Virus record (IMG/VR): IMGVR_UViG_3300027996_003878
DNA from: a virus
Lineage: Duplodnaviria > Caudoviricetes
DNA: 64,000 nucleotides
Direction: 5' to 3' (one strand)
Shown one piece after another: positions 1 through 9,869 of the stretch. Each line of letters opens with the position of its first letter. Position 1 is the first letter of the stretch. The position numbers and the translations under genes are program-made. A model generated the notes under the pieces. That model was not told the origin of the DNA. It was given only the letters and a program-made list of their open reading frames with translations, and searched no databases.

Positions 1-291
1 TGTTTCATGACAGCTTTCTAAATATTCATTACTGTATGAGGCTCTTCTTTTGAAATCAAAGCTATAAAAAACAATACTACTTGAGGAGGCAACAATTACA
101 TTGTCTTTATAAATACATATGCCTCTTAGCCCTCTATCAGCCCCTCGGCCACTCCAATTTATTTTCTCATTCCAATCTATGACGCATTTATATTTATTAG
201 AATTTAAATCAACTAAATATAACCCGCCATGGCTAACTCTTTTCGCGCTACGCACTATGTGGCTTGCTATAATATTTGGATATTTTTTCAT
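1..291 (-). CDS. Hypothetical beta-propeller-like protein, truncated at the window edge (not in the ORF track)
   Basis: Hand translation from ATG 291 (ATGA overlap with the sulfotransferase stop): MKKYPNIIASHIVRSAKRVSHGGLYLVDL...GRGADRGLRGICIYKDNVIVAS...CHET, open for 97 codons to position 1. The RGLRGI pattern suggests a propeller blade. Confidence 0.6.
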   Translation of the reverse strand, partial: MKKYPNIIASHIVRSAKRVSHGGLYLVDLNSNKYKCVIDWNEKINWSGRGADRGLRGICIYKDNVIVASSSSIVFYSFDFKRRASYSNEYLESCHET

Positions 292-1025
292 TTATTTTTT
301 ATACTTAAGTATTTATCTTTCAGCTCCCGATCAATCACTTTTACCTCATCACTAGAAAGTAAAGAAAAGCTCTTATTCGAAGGCTTAAGTCTAGCGCTAG
401 TATTTGCAGAAGCATTGCCATACCTATAATTAGTTTTATTAACTACATAATTACCCTCAGCCTTAAAGGCTTCCGATCTAGAATTTATATAACTTAATAC
501 CCCTGAACTGCCTGCATCACAAAACTGCTCTAAAGTTAATTTAACAACAGGTTTATTTAAAGATTTAATTTTATTAAAATAGTGATTGTAATCATATATC
601 AACCTTTCAACAGGCATATAGCTATTTCTATTCATTGATTTTGCCAGCCTTATAAAGCTTTCAAATAAAGCCTTGGGCTCCCTGAATACAGCTACAATTA
701 TATCTGAATTGTCAATTACATGATTTAAATATTTAAGCATTTTTGGGTCTTGAGGTCTATAAGTCTCCTTAACACCTCCAAATAAAAAACTATCGCTCTC
801 TACCCTTCTTTTAACCCCACTCATCAAATCATCAATTCCATTAAATTTGAAATGGATTAGCTTATCAAATGTTAATTGACCAGGGTTTGATAGCAAAATC
901 CAATGAGGCTCTGACAAACAAAAGCCATTTTTCATTGAATTAAATGTATTACAAGCAATAGTTGTTCCTGAATGAGGCAAACCTAAAACAGATATAACTT
1001 TATTTGACTTTAAATTTAGTCTCAT
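288..1025 (-). CDS. Sulfotransferase-family protein
   Basis: N-terminal 5'-PSB loop VLGLPHSGTT and 3'-PB-like VFREP; 245 aa. Confidence 0.75.
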   Translation of the reverse strand: MRLNLKSNKVISVLGLPHSGTTIACNTFNSMKNGFCLSEPHWILLSNPGQLTFDKLIHFKFNGIDDLMSGVKRRVESDSFLFGGVKETYRPQDPKMLKYLNHVIDNSDIIVAVFREPKALFESFIRLAKSMNRNSYMPVERLIYDYNHYFNKIKSLNKPVVKLTLEQFCDAGSSGVLSYINSRSEAFKAEGNYVVNKTNYRYGNASANTSARLKPSNKSFSLLSSDEVKVIDRELKDKYLSIKNK

Positions 1026-1570
1026 ATCGACGCCACTAAAATGTCATTCTTAAAAATAGTTTTCTTAAGCTTAGGATCTAGATACCCATGCTCATAATGA
1101 AACTGGTAATTTGGATTTATATCCAAGAGCAACGTTTTGACTTTATCGAGAGAAATATCCCTCCACTCACCGCCCATAAGTCGAACATCATCAACCAAAA
1201 TGGTATGATTTTTATTTGAATGATTTTTAATTAAATTAAGCTCTTGGTACAAGGGAACATCAACCGGACCTCTAGCCGTATCTCCCTCACTCCAATGGCC
1301 GTCTAGCCAAAAAACACAGGGCTCCGTCACCTTACTTAATATTTCTTTTAATTTAACAGCAGAATCGCCAAAGATAGGAAAAACTTTTCGATCATTAGCA
1401 AATCTATTGAGCGCTCTCTTATAAAAATGATCAGCTAACTCAATGGTATAAACCTCACGAAACCCAACAGCAGAGGCCATCGCTGCCGTATTACCAAGGT
1501 GAGTACCAGTCTCAACAAAAATATTCCCTTTACTCTTGTACTTTCTCAATGTTTCCAAATCAATAGGCAT
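1022..1570 (-). CDS. Class I SAM-dependent methyltransferase-like protein
   Basis: FVETGTHLG motif I, FWLDGH and ILVDD motifs, as in glycan-cluster methyltransferases. Confidence 0.65.
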   Translation of the reverse strand: MPIDLETLRKYKSKGNIFVETGTHLGNTAAMASAVGFREVYTIELADHFYKRALNRFANDRKVFPIFGDSAVKLKEILSKVTEPCVFWLDGHWSEGDTARGPVDVPLYQELNLIKNHSNKNHTILVDDVRLMGGEWRDISLDKVKTLLLDINPNYQFHYEHGYLDPKLKKTIFKNDILVASI

Positions 1571-1579
1571 AATAAGCTC

Positions 1580-2572
1580 CTAACGTAATCCAACTAATTT
1601 TAGCAATTCGTTTATACGACTTTGATATGTATGCTCAGCGAGCACCTTGTCACTGCCCGACTTTCCAATGAAATTAGCCAAATCGGGGTTTTTAAGTAAA
1701 AACTTTAGCTTGGGTATTATGTCGTTTACAGAATCCACAATACATAAATCACAATCGTTAGTGAAATATGACTCCCACTTTGGAAATGCAAGTGAGATAG
1801 TCGGCCTGCCCGATGCCATACACATCAGCAACCTGTCAGAAAAGTAATGTGAAATTTCATTAAAATGACTTATACTTAACAAGCAAAAGCTCCTACGATA
1901 TTCGTCTCCAACTTTACTCTGAGCAATCGACCCTTTAGATTTAAGTTGTCTAGGCCAATTAGAGCCATATAAAGCAAATCTATTACCAAAAGTAGATTTT
2001 AAAAGCCTGCAAGCTTCTTCTCGCTCTTTTCTACCCGGATAATTTTCTTTTAAATCATTATTACCTACAAAAATTATATCATATTTAAACTGACTGGGAG
2101 TTTCGTTTTCGCTACAATAATATAAATTTGGATCAAATCCAATTTGCCAATAATAAGCTTTCTTACCAATCGCATCCTGAAAAAATTTCAACTGACCAGT
2201 TGAAGATATTAAATTATAATCCGCAACCCTTGCAATTGATTTAAAGCTGGGCGGTACGTAAGATCTTACATCGCCAGTCCAGTTAGTAATTATAGTATTT
2301 GGCAGCTTTGACTTAATTTCACTAATTGTACCCGCATCAATGGTGTTCAAATGCTGAAGCTGTATGTGCATCAAATCGGGCTTAAATCTCAAAGCCTTAT
2401 CAACAAGCATACGTCGTATTTTATGAACTGTATGTCTTTTTTGATAAAGCTCATACAAGTAATCAAAAATTTCTAATTTTACTCCCGCGCCTCTAAACGC
2501 ATCGTAAACGCCCCGTTGAATCACGTCACCAATTCAACCATAGTTAAGGGGCAAATATAAAACCTTAACCAT
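1580..2572 (-). CDS. CgeB-like (GT-B) glycosyltransferase; likely true start ATG 2572 with an in-frame TGA at codon 13
   Basis: DIIFVGN, YFSDRLLMCMASG and AEHTYQSRINELL are CgeB/Glyco_trans_1_2-like. The frame upstream of GTG 2524 reads MVKVLYLPLNYG*IGDV, with AGGAGG 8 nt before ATG 2572. Confidence 0.7.
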
Positions 2573-2580
2573 GTTCAGCA

Positions 2581-2586
2581 CCTCCT
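2581..2586 (-). promoter_or_regulatory. Shine-Dalgarno AGGAGG for ATG 2572
   Basis: cctcct on the + strand, 8 nt spacer to the ATG. Confidence 0.7.
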
Positions 2587-2617
2587 TTCTCTTGCAATAT
2601 TAATGAAATAATATTAA

Positions 2618-3349
2618 TTATACCTTTAACCAATTTGGCGGTATCAAGTCTTTTGTATTATGAGTATAACGAAGCTTAGGACCAAACCAGCAAGAAGGAG
2701 CTACAACCTTCTTGCCCTTCGATTTAGACAAGAAGGCTCCCCACCATGAAAAAGATGAGTTCGCTATAATAAAATTTGAACAACTAATCATATTTGCTAG
2801 ATCGATGACTGGGCGCCTTTCCTCAGAAAAACTAAACTGATTGCCAATAAAATTCTTCTTACACCAAGATATATCATCGGAAAATATTAAATAATTTTTA
2901 CTATCACAGACCTCCATTGCTTTTTCATAATAATTATTTTTGCTTAAAATATTATAACACCCTTCATGAATTAAATAATCAGTGCGTCGCACGTGAAGTG
3001 CTGTATATTTATTAAAATTAGATTTTATCTTTGGACTTAAAAGTTTTTTTATTATATTAGAATGATCTTGCCAATATTTATAAGATTGAAAGTAGCCGCT
3101 TAAATTTAACAACTTGCCATTTGAATTGGGAATTGCTCGATAATGAAAATGTGGCTCTAAGTAAATCTGAGAGCGTTGAATTTTTTCAGAAAATTTATCG
3201 CTAGGTATACTAAAGTGATCGGCATATTTCCAACTAGGTAGAATCCAGTCATCACCATAATACAATGCCGCTCCTATAACGCCACTTATTTGAAATAACT
3301 GATTGCCAAGCTGACCCTTTTTGCCTAGCTCTTTAAATGTAAACGTCAT
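2618..3349 (-). CDS. GT11 alpha-1,2-fucosyltransferase-like
   Basis: GQLGNQLFQ, ALHVRRTDY, IFSDD and IIANSSFSWWGAFL are hallmark GT11 motifs. Confidence 0.9.
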   Translation of the reverse strand: MTFTFKELGKKGQLGNQLFQISGVIGAALYYGDDWILPSWKYADHFSIPSDKFSEKIQRSQIYLEPHFHYRAIPNSNGKLLNLSGYFQSYKYWQDHSNIIKKLLSPKIKSNFNKYTALHVRRTDYLIHEGCYNILSKNNYYEKAMEVCDSKNYLIFSDDISWCKKNFIGNQFSFSEERRPVIDLANMISCSNFIIANSSFSWWGAFLSKSKGKKVVAPSCWFGPKLRYTHNTKDLIPPNWLKV

Positions 3350-3355
3350 AATGCT

Positions 3356-4099
3356 CTATAAGGATTCTAATCTTTGGTAACGTGGTTTAGAGCGAATATA
3401 GCGATCCATCGCCCCTTGCCTTTGCAAAGCAATGCGAAAGTCAGAAATCGGATTTTCATTATTATACATGTACAGTACATCATGTATATACCTACCATGA
3501 TGACCGCCCATTTCTACAAATGGAATGTAGAAAGATAAATCCCATGCGACATCAAGAAACTTCCCGCTGGGATCATAAAAGTCTTCTTTCTTTATCTTCT
3601 TGAAAAGTTTTGCATAAAAAGTACGCAAATGAGACGTACACCAAGGGTGATGTCTATAGATATTCAAATCAATAACGTTACGAGGTATAGGCGCACTACA
3701 GCCTCTTTGATTGTTTGGATAATTTAAATAAGAACCCCATGTAAACCAAACATCTGGATTAGAATAGATGCTGTTTATCTTTTCACAGACATTCTCATGA
3801 GCAAACCAATCATCGCCATCAAGAGTAATTATAACATCATCATCATTACAAGCATGAATCATATTATATAAATTACACATTGCACCAAGACGACGCTTAT
3901 TTTTAATTAATTCAAAATCAACGTCGATATTATTAGACTTTAAAAAGTTTTCAACTTTATCAGCGGTCCCATCAGAAGAGCAGTCATCAGTGTACACGAC
4001 CTTTAAATTTTTATAATTTTGTGTAACAATTGAAGATACGTTTTTCTCACACCATTTAATGTTATTATAACTAGGAACAACCACAACAATATTTTTCAT
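3356..4099 (-). CDS. GT2 glycosyltransferase
   Basis: VVVVPSYN, DDCSSDGT and LDGDDW (DxD). Confidence 0.9.
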   Translation of the reverse strand: MKNIVVVVPSYNNIKWCEKNVSSIVTQNYKNLKVVYTDDCSSDGTADKVENFLKSNNIDVDFELIKNKRRLGAMCNLYNMIHACNDDDVIITLDGDDWFAHENVCEKINSIYSNPDVWFTWGSYLNYPNNQRGCSAPIPRNVIDLNIYRHHPWCTSHLRTFYAKLFKKIKKEDFYDPSGKFLDVAWDLSFYIPFVEMGGHHGRYIHDVLYMYNNENPISDFRIALQRQGAMDRYIRSKPRYQRLESL

Positions 4100-4152
4100 A
4101 ATTTCCTTAAACTTGTTATTTATAGGATATATCAGAACTATTAAGAGGTATA

Positions 4153-5109
4153 ATGTCCAGCCCTAAACTAAACATAAATATAATTTATTCGCCTCAAAAA
4201 AGAGGCCCCCACGTTATCTTTGAAAACAAGCTTGCAAAGGTATACAATAGTAAAACTTACGATCAAAAAAAAATAAACATTGGAATGGGTTGGTACTCAA
4301 TTCGAAACCCTAAGGCTGGCGATAGCTTAATTGTAATAGAGCCTCGATGCGTTTTAGAAAGAGATTATAATCCAAAGTTTATATCGAAATATAAATATAT
4401 ATTTACATGGGCAACTAAGGCATTTAATAATATCAAGCTCCCGAATACAAAAATTATTGAGGTAAATCACCCCTGCGCGCATAGCAAAATAAACATAAAT
4501 AATCTTTCAAAGAAGTGGACTCCCTGGCAACAAAGGGAGAATGAAGTTGTTTTCATTGCAAATAACAAATCGTCCCCTCACATCTCACAACTTTACACAT
4601 TAAGAGTGAAGCTGGCTGATATGTTTCACCATCAATCTAAGATGAAGGTATCTTGGTACGGTCAAATACCGCTAAACAAGCCTTATTACAAAGGAACTGT
4701 AAAGTCTAAATTTGACGTCTTGTCTAAGGCAAAATTTACAGTATGCTCTGAAAACTCTTATCACAAAAAATACTCCCACAATTACTTTACAGAAAAGCTG
4801 CCCGACGCTTGGAAAGGCGGAGCGGTACCTTTATACATGGGTTGTTATAATATAGACGATTTTAAATTCCACCCCGACTCTTATATAGATTTAAGAAAAT
4901 ACGTTAAAAAAGATTTTACACCACAAAGCAAATATCATGAAATTGATAAGAAGCTAGTAAAGTTAGTAGATAACTTTACGGAAAATCATTATAAAAAATT
5001 AATAAGACAAGTTAAGCTTGAAGCCGAGAAGCCAAAAGGACTTAACCACATTGTTAGTTATGATAGATTTTACGAAAAAATAATAGAGACAATGTTAAAA
5101 GATAAATAA
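4153..5109 (+). CDS. GT10 alpha-1,3/4-fucosyltransferase-like; the only convincing plus-strand gene
   Basis: KFTVCSENS...YFTEKLPDAW..GAVPLYMG matches the GT10 ENS/TEK motif. Confidence 0.75.
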   Translation: MSSPKLNINIIYSPQKRGPHVIFENKLAKVYNSKTYDQKKINIGMGWYSIRNPKAGDSLIVIEPRCVLERDYNPKFISKYKYIFTWATKAFNNIKLPNTKIIEVNHPCAHSKININNLSKKWTPWQQRENEVVFIANNKSSPHISQLYTLRVKLADMFHHQSKMKVSWYGQIPLNKPYYKGTVKSKFDVLSKAKFTVCSENSYHKKYSHNYFTEKLPDAWKGGAVPLYMGCYNIDDFKFHPDSYIDLRKYVKKDFTPQSKYHEIDKKLVKLVDNFTENHYKKLIRQVKLEAEKPKGLNHIVSYDRFYEKIIETMLKDK

Positions 5110-5122
5110 TATTATACCGCCG

Positions 5123-7306
5123 TTATAAGATATTAAATTTATCCAAAACTTCATTGTTATATTTATTTATTTCATCCTTATTATGGAAGCAATTTTTGTT
5201 ATTTTTTATTTTTGAAATATCATCTATCAAAGAATCAAGACCATTAAACTTATCTTTATTCAAATAAACTGTATTAGATTTTTGCTTTAAATACAAGTTA
5301 GACGTCAAAATAGGAATTTTAAAGAAATTAATCATATTCATAAATGAAGATATATAGTTAACATTATTATCTATATCTAAGACAAATTCAGCCATTTGAA
5401 TCACATAAAGCAATTTTTTATATGGCATATATTCGTTTACTGACTGTATAAAGCTCGGATAAGCGCCCCTTCCTCCAACTAGGACAATTTTCGGATAGCT
5501 ATCCTTCCAGTTACGAATCACAAAGTCCAAAGATTTATCATCCCTGTAAAACATAAGTACATACTTATTGTTTTTAAAATATTTATCTTTCGTACAAGTC
5601 GTCGCGAACAAGGGCTTACATTTCAGATGCACCCTTGCGTCTGGGCAAATTGTCTTCAATAACTCAAAATTTTCTAAACAAGGAGTGTATATGACTTTAC
5701 TTTTTTTAAGCACCTCCAATTGATCTTTCGACAATGATATTTTATCAAAAGAATCGACCCAAATATGAGAAGAGGGAACCAACATGCCGACTTCGCCAAT
5801 CAATAAAGAGCCTTTACTTAGACCATTACTCGCATTTAATAACTTCAAGTTAGGGCAAAATGCTTTTAATTTATTATAATAAAGAAATCCAGATGGGGTG
5901 GTCACCGCAATATTATTATTAAATTTAGTGAACTTTATATCTGAATCAGGAATGTAATATCTTGCAAAGAGTTTTGAAGTTGCATAAATTAAATCATCGT
6001 TATATTTTTTACTTACAAAGTTATCTATATTAGATTTTTCAAATATTTTTGAAGACAGAGGTGATATTATCGAGCTATCTAAAGAAGGAATGGCGTGTGC
6101 ATACGTAACTTTTCCATCATTTGCAATAGTAACCCTTGCGATGACGATATCCCCTGAACTCCTCTGCGCCTCTCTTTTTATAAATAATTTAAATGGCGGG
6201 ACTGCATTGCCAGAAGAAAGCTCTGCATGCGCATGAAGTTTACATTTAGCCTCTTTTAATTGAGGAGAAAGGCGGAATGACTCTGAAGTAATCACTCTAT
6301 TAGAGCGATCCATAATACCTACTTCTATAAAACCATTTCCCGTTATTTTCTTTGCAAGAAAATTTACTGTATAATACAAACCCGCCGATAAGGCAGGTAT
6401 AGTTTGTCTTATCAAGGCTCCGCGAGACATGCAAAGGCTTGACTTATTGTTTACATCTAAAAGCCGAACAAGACTTGATGTGACCGCACTGGCATTTAAA
6501 GCTTTTAAGCCATTAGAGTCTACTGTGTCGAAGATAACGCCCACAGGCACCTCTGACATGGTTCCTAAGAGCAGGTCTCTGCCGTATCGCTGCACTTTCC
6601 CACCAGAGCCGCCTGAGCCCTCATTAGGCCGCCTAACGCTCGGGGTTGGCTTGTTTCTATGTTTAAATATGTTTTGATTATTCCTTCTGCGAGCCGGGGG
6701 AGCCTTAGCGCCAGAGCCAAGAGAATAAGATAACACTTCACATGAGCCTAAAAAAACCAAGCGACTGCCGGATTTTTTATACATATTTGCAGGTCTCGTT
6801 TTCAAAACAATATCAGCATAACACCCATCCAAATAAGCGCCATGGCTTGCAAATAACCGACCATTAGAGACTTTTAAATTTTTATAATGCTTACAATACG
6901 AAAGTAACTCCTTCCAATTACCCTCAGACTTAGCCTCATTCTTCACAAAATACAAATTCACTTCTATTAACTTAATATCACCAGAGCTGTGCGCTGTTCT
7001 TGATAATTCAAAAGATTTAAAATTAGAAAAATCTGGCTCTATTATCTCCTGAGATTTCGATGATACAACATGATTTTTATTATGAATGCCGCTATTTTTA
7101 AATTCTGTAATTTTAAATAATCCATTTCCCGATTTGCGAGAGAATACCAAATCACAGCGCTCAATCTCACCCACGCCGCTAAAGTTGAACTTTAACCTTG
7201 CTGCCTTTCCTTCCAGGAGGCAACCGTCATTATCGAACCTACAAGATCTGTAAGAGGTAATAAAACTTTTAAGATGCAAGCCAGTGATTTGTTTTATACT
7301 AGTCAT
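5123..7306 (-). CDS. 727-aa protein: N-terminal beta-rich region plus C-terminal degenerate GT-B-like domain
   Basis: C-terminal KIVLVGG...AEFVLD...FKIPILTSN resembles GT4-like C-domains; basic Pro/Gly linker near aa 200-240; lies inside the GT cluster. Confidence 0.45.
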   Translation of the reverse strand: MTSIKQITGLHLKSFITSYRSCRFDNDGCLLEGKAARLKFNFSGVGEIERCDLVFSRKSGNGLFKITEFKNSGIHNKNHVVSSKSQEIIEPDFSNFKSFELSRTAHSSGDIKLIEVNLYFVKNEAKSEGNWKELLSYCKHYKNLKVSNGRLFASHGAYLDGCYADIVLKTRPANMYKKSGSRLVFLGSCEVLSYSLGSGAKAPPARRRNNQNIFKHRNKPTPSVRRPNEGSGGSGGKVQRYGRDLLLGTMSEVPVGVIFDTVDSNGLKALNASAVTSSLVRLLDVNNKSSLCMSRGALIRQTIPALSAGLYYTVNFLAKKITGNGFIEVGIMDRSNRVITSESFRLSPQLKEAKCKLHAHAELSSGNAVPPFKLFIKREAQRSSGDIVIARVTIANDGKVTYAHAIPSLDSSIISPLSSKIFEKSNIDNFVSKKYNDDLIYATSKLFARYYIPDSDIKFTKFNNNIAVTTPSGFLYYNKLKAFCPNLKLLNASNGLSKGSLLIGEVGMLVPSSHIWVDSFDKISLSKDQLEVLKKSKVIYTPCLENFELLKTICPDARVHLKCKPLFATTCTKDKYFKNNKYVLMFYRDDKSLDFVIRNWKDSYPKIVLVGGRGAYPSFIQSVNEYMPYKKLLYVIQMAEFVLDIDNNVNYISSFMNMINFFKIPILTSNLYLKQKSNTVYLNKDKFNGLDSLIDDISKIKNNKNCFHNKDEINKYNNEVLDKFNIL

Positions 7307-8072
7307 CGCCTTTATTTATATATAGTGACTTTACTCTATTAGCGTACAATCTGCAATTTTCATAAAATTTTGCCAAATTATCCTGATGAGCTTTTGTCTT
7401 AAACTCTCTATACTCACCGCGATCATTTTCACCTTCGCCAAGATGCACGCCATTCTCTTTTAAATACCCAAGGCGGAAGCCTAAGACCCTCGTCCGCATT
7501 CCCCAATCACTATCCTCCATTCCATAATACTTATAATCATGCTCATTAAAATATCCCAACATTTTATGTAAAGATTTATTAAAAACCATGCAAGCGGTCC
7601 CTAAATTACCCTGAGGTTTGTCCTGAAACTCAAACCCGTTTTTACTCACTAAGGTATAGTCAACATGCTCAAAATTAACCCCAATGGATCCATATTGAGG
7701 GTTATTTTTTACAATTTCAATGCAGTCAGTAAGCCAATTATTGGGAACAAGGACATCATTATCAATTGTAGCATACCAAGTTGTGTCTAAATCATTAGCC
7801 AAACTTAGCGCTTGGTTTCTAGCAATGGCAATTCCTTTATTTTCATTATTAAAATGAACTACCAATTCATTCAGACTGTCACAGCCAGGCTTAGTTTCAA
7901 TAAGTTCTTTTAAATATTTTATTGTATCATCTTTTTCAGAAAAATTATCAATTATAACAAGATTAAATGGGTGATTTGTTGTTTCAAACAAATTAGCCAA
8001 CATTTTTTTTGTCAAATCTAGACGATTAAATGTTACCATCATTACAGTTGCAATGTCTTTCATATTTTTCAA
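7299..8072 (-). CDS. GT2 glycosyltransferase
   Basis: MMVTFNRL, IIDNFS, NKGIAIARN, IDNDV and EDSDWGMR. Confidence 0.85.
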   Translation of the reverse strand: MKNMKDIATVMMVTFNRLDLTKKMLANLFETTNHPFNLVIIDNFSEKDDTIKYLKELIETKPGCDSLNELVVHFNNENKGIAIARNQALSLANDLDTTWYATIDNDVLVPNNWLTDCIEIVKNNPQYGSIGVNFEHVDYTLVSKNGFEFQDKPQGNLGTACMVFNKSLHKMLGYFNEHDYKYYGMEDSDWGMRTRVLGFRLGYLKENGVHLGEGENDRGEYREFKTKAHQDNLAKFYENCRLYANRVKSLYINKGDD

Positions 8073-8076
8073 CCTT

Positions 8077-9054
8077 TTATTTTTTTAAAAAGAGATCTGC
8101 AATTTTATTAGGCGATAGATCTCTGCTAGTGTATATAACATTTTTATTTCCTAAAAATGTATTGTTCTTATTTAAATTAAAAGAAGTTTTTTGCGGTAGA
8201 GATATTAATCTACCACTCGATACAGCATTTGATACTAATAAATAATCTATTTCCTTCGAAAGGACCCCCGAAGCTTTTTTCAATAATATTAAAATAAAAC
8301 TCCATTTAAAGGGACAAACGACCGCTGAACTGTACAAATATGCTGATTTTTTATTAGAAATAATGACAGCCTGCACCCCTCCTTGCTTTAGAAAGGCCAC
8401 AAACGAACGCAATTGATTCAAGCTCCACCTCAAGCACTGCTTATTATGAATCGAATAGCCCGTAACATCTGGAAAAATCACTACGAACGGCTTTTGCGGG
8501 CTAAACTTATTTATCTTAGCCCAGCTGGCAAAGCCTTTACATGAATTGAAATTAAGATTCCTAAACTTTGGAATGAACTTATTGCTCCAATCAACAAGAC
8601 CATTGCTAACTATTTGTTTAATCAAACAGATAGGGTTTTTAAAACTCCTAGTGCTTGCTATAGACTTTGCTTTTAGGTAATTATTTAAAGAATTAAAATA
8701 AACATTTCTTTTTTTATCTAGAAAAATAGGCGCAGGATATTTTTTCACCAAGTCTTTTAAAGAGCTGTCTGCCTGATCTGAAACAATACCTTGCAATTTG
8801 ACTAGTTCAAAAAAGCAATTTTCGCCGGACCAACGCAAGGATGAATTAGGAAAATTATAATTCAACATCTCTATTATAGCCAGTGAGTAAAAAGACTCTA
8901 AAGCGCCCCCATGAGCTATAATAGTTATCTTCTTTTTATCAATTATTTCACTCAATAGATCATAATCAATTTTTGGCGCTATAATCCCACCCTTAACTTC
9001 CCACGGAATCCCCGGAGAAAAGGGCAAATATTTAATTTTAGGACTTGACTTCAT
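8077..9054 (-). CDS. Divergent GT9 (heptosyltransferase)-like fold protein
   Basis: HGGALESFYSL, FVVIFP and LKKASGVLS loosely follow the GT9 layout; position in the cluster. Confidence 0.4.
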   Translation of the reverse strand: MKSSPKIKYLPFSPGIPWEVKGGIIAPKIDYDLLSEIIDKKKITIIAHGGALESFYSLAIIEMLNYNFPNSSLRWSGENCFFELVKLQGIVSDQADSSLKDLVKKYPAPIFLDKKRNVYFNSLNNYLKAKSIASTRSFKNPICLIKQIVSNGLVDWSNKFIPKFRNLNFNSCKGFASWAKINKFSPQKPFVVIFPDVTGYSIHNKQCLRWSLNQLRSFVAFLKQGGVQAVIISNKKSAYLYSSAVVCPFKWSFILILLKKASGVLSKEIDYLLVSNAVSSGRLISLPQKTSFNLNKNNTFLGNKNVIYTSRDLSPNKIADLFLKK

Positions 9055-9853
9055 TATAGCAGGGATTTTCTAAATACTTATGATAATCAATCACATACTT
9101 CCCTAGCCATTTTTCCTGAAAAAATCTAACATTATGAGACAAAAACATCTTATTTACAGGGTTTTTGTTTAACGATGCAGATGTCTTGTGCTCAATGTTA
9201 GTCGAACCGCAGCACACAACTTTTTCCTTTTGATTGATACTAATTTCTAAATTTAGATCTATATCCTCAAAGCTCCAATGTAAGTTTTTATTTAACTTCC
9301 CCGCCTTTTTATAACTGGAAGCCTTTACAAGACAACACGCAGCTGTGACCGCTTGAAAATATCTATTTTTCCTATCAAAAGAGCCCGTGCTTTCATGTGA
9401 CTTGATGTGCCAAGGCATATTTCCATGATTTCTGGAAAAAGCTACACCACAATGGCTTATTAAGTTTGTGTCAGGGAATAGAATTCTAGCACCACAGATT
9501 GCAGAATTTGTTTTAGACATTAAATCAATCATATTTGATATAGAAGCATCATCACAAAAACTGATATCATTATTTAATAATAAAACTAAATCATCGTCAC
9601 TTACACCAGACTCATCAAATAAAGAATTTACACCGACAGAAAAATTATCTCTATTGTGATCTTTTTTCAATAAATGAATTTTAGAAGAGCCTTTGCTCCA
9701 TTTGCTTATTTCATCAGGAGAGCCGTCCTTGCTCCCGTTATCACGAATCCACCAATTCCAATCAAATTTACTTAAGTTCGCCTCAAGCCCAGGCTTAAGC
9801 TTTTTAAGCATATCAAGGCCATTCCAATTTAATGTAAGTGCAAAAATCTTCAT
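9038..9853 (-). CDS. GT2 glycosyltransferase
   Basis: ALTLNWN, DNGSKDGS, LLLNNDI, AVTAAC and EDIDLNL. Confidence 0.85.
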   Translation of the reverse strand: MKIFALTLNWNGLDMLKKLKPGLEANLSKFDWNWWIRDNGSKDGSPDEISKWSKGSSKIHLLKKDHNRDNFSVGVNSLFDESGVSDDDLVLLLNNDISFCDDASISNMIDLMSKTNSAICGARILFPDTNLISHCGVAFSRNHGNMPWHIKSHESTGSFDRKNRYFQAVTAACCLVKASSYKKAGKLNKNLHWSFEDIDLNLEISINQKEKVVCCGSTNIEHKTSASLNKNPVNKMFLSHNVRFFQEKWLGKYVIDYHKYLENPCYNEVKS

Positions 9854-9869
9854 CTTTCAAACCCCTCAA

